From NCBI GenBank assembly GCA_965215265.1, contig OZ244048.1, forward strand, positions 1,568,001 to 1,632,000: a DNA stretch of 64,000 nt. The letters run 5' to 3'. The notes under the pieces are model-generated. The model had not been told where the DNA came from, did not search any database, and worked only from the letters and a program-made list of their open reading frames with translations. Positions 10,845 to 19,175 of the stretch are shown here, piece by piece. The position numbers were made by a program, and so were the translations under genes. How positions within the stretch are numbered: position 1 is the first letter of the stretch; every line of letters begins with the position of its first letter. Source of the DNA: Candidatus Poribacteria bacterium (lineage in GTDB: Bacteria; Poribacteria; WGA-4E; WGA-3G).

Positions 10845-10931
10845 GGTTCTGTGCCTGCAGCATGCGGATGACTCGGATAAGTCCGATAGGCGGACAGTGC
10901 CATCCGTCCCCTATATCTCCTATAAAAACAA

Positions 10932-11543
10932 TTTTTTGTATATCTCCGTACCATCAACGCTTATATCGTGGGTACTCGTGTGTAAATCTCGCCAGAGCCA
11001 TTCTAGATTATGATTCCTCAATCACCTTCAGACGCTTTTATGCTTCATCACGTTTTTTTGTATATCTCCGTACCATCAACGCTTATGTCGTGGGTACTCG
11101 TGTGTAAATCTCGCCAGAGCCATTCTAGGTTATGATTCCCCAATCACCTTCAGACGCTTTTATGCTTCATCACGTTTTTTTGTATATCTCCGTACCATCA
11201 ACGCTTATGTCGTGGGTACTCGTGTGTAAATCTCGCCAGAGCCATTCTAGGTTATGATTCCTCAATCACCTTCAGACGCTTTTATGCTTCATCACGTTTT
11301 TTTGTATATCTCCGTACCATCAACGCTTATGTCGTGGGTACTCGTGTGTAAATCTCGCCAGAGCCATTCTAGGTTATGATTCCTCAATCACCTTCAGACG
11401 CTTTTATGCTTCATCACGTTTTTTTGTATATCTCCGTACCATCAACGCTTATGTCGTGGGTACTCGTGTGTAAATCTCGCCAGAGCCATTCTAGATTATG
11501 ATTCCTCAATCACCTTCAGACGCTTTTATGCTTCATCACGTTT
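10932..11543 (-). repeat. Five tandem 122-bp units of family-1 element plus flank
   Basis: GTATATCTCC at 10938, 11060, 11182, 11304 and 11426. Confidence 0.95.
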
Positions 11544-11557
11544 CCCTCCTAAAAAAG

Positions 11558-13130
11558 TTAAGCATGCCCTTCTTCACGGATAAGGCCGCCAACGAACACT
11601 CCGGAAAACAGCAGGATTGCAAGGGCGTAAGGTGCCGCTTCAGCGAACATCGCTTCTGTTGTGTAACTCCATACGTTGAGCGCCAACGTCTCATAACCGG
11701 CAGGCGATAAGAGAAATGTGAGCGGTAACTCCTTCATCGTCGCCAGGAAAACGAGAACGGCAGCAGCACGCATGCCTCGGATAAGAATAGGGATAACAGC
11801 CCGGAAAAACGCCTGTACTGGTGAATCTCCGAGCGAACGTGCGGCTTCCTCTAAGTGGGGTGAAACTTGGTACAGTGCACTGCGTACGGGTCCGATGGCT
11901 TCCGCCAAGAAGTGTAGCGCACATGCGTAGATGAGGACGAACACCGTTTTATAAATAAAAGAGACAGTATTTAAAACAAAAAAGATCAGCGAAAGTGCGA
12001 ACGCAAGCGGGGGCACGGCATAAATGATATAAGCAACCCGCGCTAACCCGTTTGAGAAACGTGACGGATAACGTACATCGACGTAAGCAAACGGCACCGC
12101 TAAAACGGCACAGATAACTGCTGTAGGGATTGCGATTGACAGGGAGCCGATAAAACCGTCTAACATCGCTAAGAAGGGGTTTCCGGAACTGACGGTACCT
12201 CTGAATAGCCACAGGATAACTGCACCCGCTGGCACAACGACCGTTGCAAAGATAAGCAAGGCGAGATAAAAATATGCAGGAACACGCAAGCCTTTGAGCG
12301 AAACCAATGATACTGGACGGGACAATCCACGTCCCACTCGGTGCAAGGCAACCCGCCTGAGCAACTTTGCCTCAATGTAAAGCAGACAGCTTGTAAACGC
12401 GAGCAGCATCAACGCAAGCCATGCCGCCGAAACATGCTCAAAAGAAAGCATATATTCTGCATAGAGGGCGTAACTAAAGGTTTCATATCGCATTAACGAC
12501 ACAACCCCAAAGTCGCCTAAGACATGTAAACTGATGAGCAGCCCACTGGCGTAGAACGCAGGCTTAAGTTGTGGGAGAATAACGTGGTAGAAAACCTCAC
12601 GGGAACTATAGCCGAGGCTTCGGGCGGATTCCTCAAGGGGCGCATCGAGCCCTAACAGCGCTGCACGTAGATTTAAAAAAAGATAGGGAAATGTGTAAGC
12701 GCCGAGCGCGAGGAGCGCTCCCCAATACCCACTTAGGCGAGGAATGCTCCTGCCGAAAAACGCGGCAACAATGCCGTTGTTACCGCCAAGTGCCAATAGC
12801 GCATACGCCATAACGTAACCGGGAATCGCAAGCGGCAAAACGCATAGCACCGTAAAAAAACGTTTGTTCCTCAGGTTTGTTCGGCACGTCAACCATGCCG
12901 CCGGCATTGCGAAAAGAAAATCGAGAATGAGTACGCCGATGCCCAGCAGCAACGTGTTAAGCAGAAGCTTGAAGTTCCGCCCCCGAAATACAATCTCAGA
13001 AAGCATCTTACCCTCAACTGAAAATGCTTTCCAGAATAGGTAGCCTAATGGAATCAGGCCCCCGAGTGCTACGGCGATTGCGATGTAAAAGAAATACGCA
13101 TGTCCTCCGTCAGGAATAATGCGGTGTTTG
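11558..13130 (-). CDS. Fe3+ ABC transporter permease (FbpB-like); 5' end abuts a family-1 element
   Basis: Two EAA-type motifs (LEESARSLG, LEEAARSLG); frame open from the ATG at 13006 up to the element. Confidence 0.85.
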
Positions 13131-13362
13131 TTTTGTATATCTCCGTACCATCATCACTTATGTCGCGATGTCCTATGTGTAAATCTCGTTTTTTTGTATA
13201 TTTCAGCCCCATCAAGGGTTATGTCTTGTTAAATCCGATGTACATCTCGTCGGAGACACCTTCGGTATAGTCTTTAAAATCATAACATCAAACGGCTCAG
13301 ACGAGATTTTCACAGGTTTTTATATAGCAGCCGCCTTGTTACGGGCTCCTGTATACAAAAAA
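13131..13362 (-). mobile_element. Family-1: ~60-bp truncated unit plus a full palindromic copy
   Basis: TTTTGTATATCTCCGTACC...AAATCTCG then TTTTTGTATATTTCAGCCC...CTCCTGTATACAAAAAA. Confidence 0.85.
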
Positions 13363-13498
13363 CCTTTATTGGTTATGATACAAAACATCAATCTGCCTCT
13401 TCAATCACCCTCCTCCCTCAACGCCCAGATTTCAAGGTGCGCGGCTTGCAACTCAGTCTATCAACCGGATTCCGGAACATTGATTTGGCATACCGTGC

Positions 13499-14509
13499 TC
13501 ATAAAACTTCAACGTGCTTTAACAACCGGGTCGTTCCCTCGAGATCGTCCATCTCATTGAGATTGAAACTGGGTACCAACTCAAGCAGCTCAGATAACGG
13601 CAACAGATTCTCATTGGGAGTGACACCCTCGATGACAGGATATTCAAAAACCTCATTCACAAAGTAATCTTGCGCTTTCGTGGCTAGCAAGAATTCAATG
13701 AATTTCACTGCAGTGTCCGGATTCTTGGCATTTTTCAACAAGCCGATGCCAGCAACATTCACCAGATTCCCCGGGTCTCTCTTCTCAAAAAAAGTCTGTG
13801 CCACAGGAAAATTTGCATCCCTGTTTTTGAAACGGAGAAGGTAGTAGTGGTTCGGTAACCCGAGGTCAATCTCACCTGCAGCGAGTGCCTCAATGATCGG
13901 TGTATTCTTAGCGTAGACTTTAGCGCCATTGGCTTTCATACCCTGTAGCCATTCTTCCGTCTGCTCTTCACCGACCTGCATCCGCATCGCCGTGACAAAC
14001 GCTTGAAAGGAAGCGTTGCTCGGTGCCCAGCCAACTCTGTCTTTCCACACCGGCTGCGTTAAGTCAAAGATACTTTTCGGGAGTTGTTCCATAGTCACCC
14101 GTTCAGGACTATAGGCAAGCACGCGCGCCCTGCCGCTTGTAGCAACCCACAATCCATCTGCGTCTCGAAAATTGGCTGGAACCTTGGCTTGAATTGTCGC
14201 TGGTAACTCTTTAAACAGCCCTTTTTTGCTGACAGCCCCCAAAGCCCCGGCATCCTGCGCCCAAAAAAGCGCAGCAGGGCTCTTTTTCCCTTCCGTCATG
14301 AGTGCTGCAGCCAACGGCGTGGTACCGCCATAGTTAACCTTGACCTGAATGCCTGTCTGTTCTTGAAACTGTTGAATAATGGGTTCAACAAGACTTTTGC
14401 TCCGTCCGGAATAGATAATCAACTCATCTGCTGCTGCGAACGCAACGCTGAAGATGGATAAGAGTAATATAGATAAAACACGGTTAAACATAGTTATCTC
14501 CTTTAGCAA
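13499..14509 (-). CDS. Fe3+ ABC transporter substrate-binding protein (FbpA/FutA-like)
   Basis: Signal peptide; IYSGR, NHYY, EYP motifs. Confidence 0.9.
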   Translation of the reverse strand: MLKEITMFNRVLSILLLSIFSVAFAAADELIIYSGRSKSLVEPIIQQFQEQTGIQVKVNYGGTTPLAAALMTEGKKSPAALFWAQDAGALGAVSKKGLFKELPATIQAKVPANFRDADGLWVATSGRARVLAYSPERVTMEQLPKSIFDLTQPVWKDRVGWAPSNASFQAFVTAMRMQVGEEQTEEWLQGMKANGAKVYAKNTPIIEALAAGEIDLGLPNHYYLLRFKNRDANFPVAQTFFEKRDPGNLVNVAGIGLLKNAKNPDTAVKFIEFLLATKAQDYFVNEVFEYPVIEGVTPNENLLPLSELLELVPSFNLNEMDDLEGTTRLLKHVEVL

Positions 14510-14595
14510 CTAAAAAGATTGTTATGAACATTTGCCAGATGAAAGTAGGCATAACACCAAAGATTTTGACACATCAACGAGAAGAAAGTTCAGAA

Positions 14596-15642
14596 TTACT
14601 GTTTTGGTACGACCCGCCAGCGCGTTACCATCCCTGCCGTAATATGATCTGCGACATGGCAATGATACATCCAGTTTCCAGGTGTTTTCGCTGTCATATC
14701 TACAGAGATCATAGTTCCAGGAAGGAGTTCAACAACATCGGTGCGTCTACCAGCATTCAGCACTGTTTGCCCATGCCAATGCACCGTGTGCATATCAACT
14801 TCGGTCCCCAAGCCGACGAGGTACCAGCGCACTCTGTCGCCCTCAGTCACTTCCAACCCCAGCAGATTACCAAAGATAAACCCGTTAATCGTATGCTTGA
14901 GATTCCCTTCTTCTGCCTCTTCAAGGGAATCATAGTCAGTCTGCTGTCCGCTTTTGATAATTTCTCTTCCATTTTCATCGAAGATGAGGAAGAGTGTGGT
15001 GAACGTTTTGTCAATATCCTTTGGGCGTGCATCTGCCTCTGAACGTTCCATTCCTTTTTTGGTGACGACGATGGTGCCGATTAACCCGTCATACACCTCT
15101 GTAACAGCATCCACATGTGAATGATAAAGCCAGACGATAGACGATGGGTCACTAGGCCCTGGGGCAGCGTCGCTGTTTACCTCCCAGTGATAGGTAAACG
15201 TACTACCGGGACCCACGGCGGCACCGGGTCCCTTCATATCCGCCCCTTCATTCTGCTCGTCGTATTGCAGTCCGTGTACGTGGATGCTCAACGGTTTATC
15301 AGCAAGGTTACGGAAATGCACCGTCAGGCTATCGCCTTCGACAGCGTGCAGCTGCGGTCCGAGAATCCCCATCCACTCAGGCTGCTCAACCCGTGTCGTG
15401 TAAGTACCATCAGTGTATTGAATGTACCGGTACTTCTGATACACAAGCGCCTTGCCCCAAACTCCGAGTCCTGTTTTGGGATGCATAAGGTTTTGTCCAC
15501 TCGGTGCGTAATTCCATTCAACTTTCTCCGCTGCGAGCCAATACTCCCGTGTCGCTGCACCTGCAATCCCAATATACAGAGATAATAGCACACCTATGCC
15601 CACGAAAAAGACAAACTTCAATTTTATGATAGTGAGACTCAT
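14596..15642 (-). CDS. Two-domain multicopper oxidase, ceruloplasmin/hephaestin-like
   Basis: HVHG, YHSH, HTVHWHG, HCHVADHITAGM; signal peptide. Confidence 0.88.
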   Translation of the reverse strand: MSLTIIKLKFVFFVGIGVLLSLYIGIAGAATREYWLAAEKVEWNYAPSGQNLMHPKTGLGVWGKALVYQKYRYIQYTDGTYTTRVEQPEWMGILGPQLHAVEGDSLTVHFRNLADKPLSIHVHGLQYDEQNEGADMKGPGAAVGPGSTFTYHWEVNSDAAPGPSDPSSIVWLYHSHVDAVTEVYDGLIGTIVVTKKGMERSEADARPKDIDKTFTTLFLIFDENGREIIKSGQQTDYDSLEEAEEGNLKHTINGFIFGNLLGLEVTEGDRVRWYLVGLGTEVDMHTVHWHGQTVLNAGRRTDVVELLPGTMISVDMTAKTPGNWMYHCHVADHITAGMVTRWRVVPKQ

Positions 15643-15646
15643 TTTC
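15628..15646. promoter_or_regulatory. Fur-box-like operator
   Basis: GATAGTGAGACTCATTTTC matches GATAATGATAATCATTATC at 15/19; overlaps the start of the iron operon. Confidence 0.6.
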
Positions 15647-15704
15647 AAAATAAATACGTCGACTCCATAAGAACCTATATTCGGTTAGATTTACTATGTA
15701 TTGT

Positions 15705-15733
15705 ATTATACCACAAAAATACCCCAATGTCAA
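15705..15733 (-). promoter_or_regulatory. Consensus sigma70 promoter for the oxidase/iron ABC operon
   Basis: TTGACA-17 bp-TATAAT on the minus strand. Confidence 0.8.
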
Positions 15734-15970
15734 AAAAAATTGACAAATGTCATTAATTCATGATAGCATGAAAAAAATGATGACTCAGGACAATTCCATG
15801 AAAAATTCAATCATACCTTGCTGTCTATTCTTGATGCTGCCGTTTTTAGACAGAATCAGTATGAACAGATATGCAGCCGATGTTACCACTAAACCATTGG
15901 CTAGCAGCACTCAATTTAGGGAAGTTGAGGAAGCCGCGAAGGCTTTTTCATGTTTCATAAAAGGATTTCA

Positions 15971-16876
15971 ATGAATTTGAGGCTTTTCTTGTCTGCTAAA
16001 AACGTATCAATGGTATTGGCGTGTCTACTCACCGTTTTGGGTTGCGGTGGCACGAAAAGGGCTGCCCCGACCGCCGCGCCGCCTGCTGGCATGGCGCTTA
16101 TCCCTGCTGGCGATTTCCGGATGGGTAGCGACGATACAGATTCTCGGACGAATGAGCAGCCGGTGCACCGTGTGTATGTGGATGCGTTCTATATGGACAC
16201 GCACGAGGTGACAAATTCGGACTACAAGCGTTTTCTGCTTGCAAATCCGCAGTGGCAGAAGGGACGTATTTCTCGTGCACTCCACAATGGTGAGTACCTA
16301 AAAGACTGGAATGGGAATAACTATCCTGCGAGTAAAGGAGAGCATCCGGTGAAGCATGTGAGTTGGTATGCGGCGATGGCTTATGCACGGTGGGCAGGGA
16401 AACGTCTGCCGACGGAGGCGGAGTGGGAGAAAGCGGCACGCGGCGGTAAAAAAGGGCTAAAATACCCGTGGGGTAACACGATAACGCCGAGTGATGCGAA
16501 CTATGGTTGGAATGTCGGAGATACTTGTGCTGTAGGGAGTTATACGCCTAACAGGTACGGGCTGTATGACATGGCGGGTAACGTTCACGAGTGGTGTCTT
16601 GATGCATATAATGTGGATTTCTATTCTTCGTCTGCGCGGCGTAATCCGTTAAGTGACGTGGGTACGATAGCCAATCTGGGTGCGATTATAGATGCTTTCA
16701 CAAAAGTTAAGTCGGTTCGCGTGTTGCGAGGCGGTAGCTGGTACGATAATGCCCGACCTGTTCGCGTCGCCTATCGTGGCGGGGCAACGCCGACGGATTC
16801 GTTCATCAACCTCGGTTTTCGTTGCGTGAGGTCTGTTCGACAGTCAGAAGCAGGATTTGCAAGATTGGAGGACTGA
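15971..16876 (+). CDS. Formylglycine-generating enzyme (SUMF1/FGE-sulfatase) domain protein, probably a lipoprotein
   Basis: RLPTEAEWEKAARGG, GLYDMAGNV, RGGSW, GFRC; lacks the catalytic Cys pair. Confidence 0.88.
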   Translation: MNLRLFLSAKNVSMVLACLLTVLGCGGTKRAAPTAAPPAGMALIPAGDFRMGSDDTDSRTNEQPVHRVYVDAFYMDTHEVTNSDYKRFLLANPQWQKGRISRALHNGEYLKDWNGNNYPASKGEHPVKHVSWYAAMAYARWAGKRLPTEAEWEKAARGGKKGLKYPWGNTITPSDANYGWNVGDTCAVGSYTPNRYGLYDMAGNVHEWCLDAYNVDFYSSSARRNPLSDVGTIANLGAIIDAFTKVKSVRVLRGGSWYDNARPVRVAYRGGATPTDSFINLGFRCVRSVRQSEAGFARLED

Positions 16877-17027
16877 CAGGATAAGAGGGGCCTCGTGCAG
16901 ACAGCAGGCTCTTGAATAGCACGCAGCAATCCGTCTAAAAAGGTACAGCGGTGGTGTCTGTCTGTTGCAGTTGAAAAAACGTGCGTTGATCGGATATCGC
17001 TTAGAGGTGATTTATCCAAAATCACAA

Positions 17028-17096
17028 TTCGTATCTCTTGGTACCATCATCGCGTTTGTTTTGATGGCTCGTGTGTTGGCAGGATAGGTATTCTTT
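17028..17096 (-). repeat. Degenerate family-1 end fused to a family-2 fragment
   Basis: TTCGTATCTCTTGGTACCATCA...GCTCGTGTGT then TGGCAGGATAGGTATTCTTT. Confidence 0.6.
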
Positions 17097-17097
17097 A

Positions 17098-17700
17098 ATG
17101 TCAAATACAGTTAATCTAAAAATATTTCAAAAAACGTTCGATTCTTATTTTTGGAAATGGTACGGAGTTGTGAGCATCCTTTATGTTTCTATTTTCTGCA
17201 CCTACACTGCCGTGGCATTCGGTATCCTCACAAGTGAGTCTGAGTTACCTCCGTTTCTCTACCGACTCATTGCCCCGCTTGAATATTCAGAGTGGATGGG
17301 TGGCATTCCAATTGGCGGAAAGCAAATCGGTTTTCTAACATTTGGTGCTATGTCAGTTGGGGCTGTGTCTATCGGTGCCTTTTCTGTTGGGATTGTTTCT
17401 GTTGGTGCTTTTTCAATAGGAGTTTTTGCGTTTGGTGGTAACTCTTTGGGTATCATCGCCATCGGAGGAGGGACAAGTTTTGGGTGCTTTGCCGGAGCGG
17501 CAAAGACAAGCGGGAGATTTGACATCGGTAAGGCGTTAGGTGTGTTCGCGGTTGCTCCTGAAACTTATGGTGTCTATACGTTATCTTACAATGGCGGCGG
17601 CACCTACAGTTTATCACCATCTCGTGCGGACGCGGAAGCGGTTGCATTTTTTTGCCGGTGGTTACCAAAATTCAAGAAAACTTTTCACAGTCCGGCTTAA
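17098..17700 (+). CDS. Hypothetical membrane protein with Gly-rich pentapeptide repeats
   Basis: GAMSVGAVSIGAFSVGIVSVGAFSIG. Confidence 0.6.
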   Translation: MSNTVNLKIFQKTFDSYFWKWYGVVSILYVSIFCTYTAVAFGILTSESELPPFLYRLIAPLEYSEWMGGIPIGGKQIGFLTFGAMSVGAVSIGAFSVGIVSVGAFSIGVFAFGGNSLGIIAIGGGTSFGCFAGAAKTSGRFDIGKALGVFAVAPETYGVYTLSYNGGGTYSLSPSRADAEAVAFFCRWLPKFKKTFHSPA

Positions 17701-18050
17701 CGCTCGCCAATTGTCGACGGCAACTTCTCTCGAAATCAGTCGCTTATGGTTGTTGGAAAACGTTCCGTCCATTCTGAGTTTGCCATGTCTTATCTGATGT
17801 TTTTGACATGCGCCCAGGTACTCGCCAATTTCCCAGTCGGTGAAACGGCTAAGGCTTTCTCAAGTCCGTTATTCATGACATGTTTGATGTTATCGTCGGT
17901 GAGTGGTGCGTTAAAAACGCCGACTTCATCAATGAACCCGCGGAAAGACCAGCCAGGATTTTTCCAAGAGGCAAGCCAAATCTCACCATCGGGTTTATCG
18001 TCAGCTTTCCCGACCTTTTTATCTGCAACGGGTTCGCCGTCCACGTAGAG

Positions 18051-18170
18051 TTTTTCGTATATCTCCGTACCATCAACGTCTATGTAATGATAACTCGTGT
18101 GTAAATCTCGTCGGAGCCTCACTAGGTTATGATTCCTCAATAACTTTACGTGCTAACTCTTCAATCTCGA
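18051..18170 (-). mobile_element. Family-1 insertion carrying a coding tail
   Basis: Fixed end GGTACGGAGATATACGAAAAA; 5' part encodes EIEELARKVIEES*. Confidence 0.85.
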
Positions 18171-18261
18171 AATGATATCGCCATCATAGGTGAGGGCGAC
18201 AAAACTCCACTCGTCTTGTTTCCATGTACCACCTCGGATATGCGTTGCGCCCTGATCTGCG

Positions 18262-18347
18262 TTTTTTCGTATATCTCCGTACCATCAACGCTTATGTCAT
18301 GAGTACTCGTGTGTAAATCTCGTCGGAGTTTTTCGATGCTATGAATC
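18262..18347 (-). mobile_element. Family-1 truncated insertion
   Basis: Fixed end present; flanked by duplicated AACG. Confidence 0.85.
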
Positions 18348-18939
18348 GTTAACAGCAATACTTCCGTAAAAATCGGCAGCTCCGATTTGTATGGTGGGGT
18401 TATGCCAATCGCGTTCAATTAGCCGTGTGTGCGGATTGGGGGGTGCAGTAGTCGGTTTGACCCAGAGGAGATACGTGAAACCGTCAAGGTAATCGTCGGT
18501 AGTTTTGCTTGCGAGGATGGCGACGTGGCCCGTGCCATCAAACTCCAACCCTTTCCCGAGTTTTCCATCTGTCCATTTCGCTTTTACTACGAGTCCATCA
18601 TTGCCGTTTCCGGAACGATCTTCGACTTTGTCGCCTTTTCCTTCGTCAAGCAGCCAGATGCCAATAATCGATTCCGGATCTATTTTGGCAAAGGCATCGT
18701 GCTGGTAAATCTGAATTGGGAATATCGCTACCAGAGTTATGAGACAAAATGCGATACATGTTATAGTTCTCATTTTAGAAGTTTCCCCTTTGCTTAGATC
18801 TGATTTTACTACATTTAAAAGATTATAGTATTTCCCGTTTATTGTCAATGAACTTACGAGATATTCATTAGCCCCATTTTTTTGCGTGAGTAATATATAG
18901 ATGCGATGCGTTGCTGTCAGAGAGAGCGTGTCTCGGGAA

Positions 18940-19110
18940 TTTTGTCTCCGACTACCCAAACAACAATTCCTCCCTCTTTTGTTACGCGATAGAGATGCAC
19001 TGCGATACTTTCGAAGTCAAATGAGTATCCTTTGTAGTCACGAAACTTGTCGTAGGGAGGAGATGTCGCGGTGATATCTATAATTTGTTCATCAGAGAGG
19101 TGCCCAGTTT
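18940..19110 (-). pseudogene. Fragment of an N4/N6 DNA methyltransferase
   Basis: IDITATSPPY...LYRVTKEGGIVVWVVGD; truncated, boundaries approximate. Confidence 0.7.
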
Positions 19111-19175
19111 CCGTTAGTGGCAGAACTGATTGAAATCTTGGCGGCAAATATTAAGAGATAAGCCACACATGTGCC

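Larger units (their letters stand above)
17790..18773 (-). pseudogene. LamG-like jellyroll protein interrupted by two family-1 insertions
   Basis: Removing 18264-18350 and 18054-18170 gives ...GSIAVNADQGATHIRGGTWKQDEWSFVALTYDGDIIKLYVDG...GKLASTWAHVK, colinear with the LamG at 30272. Confidence 0.9.

Noticed and set aside
10932-11543. CRISPR array
   Set aside because: Whole 122-bp units are near-identical with no unique spacers, and no cas genes are present.
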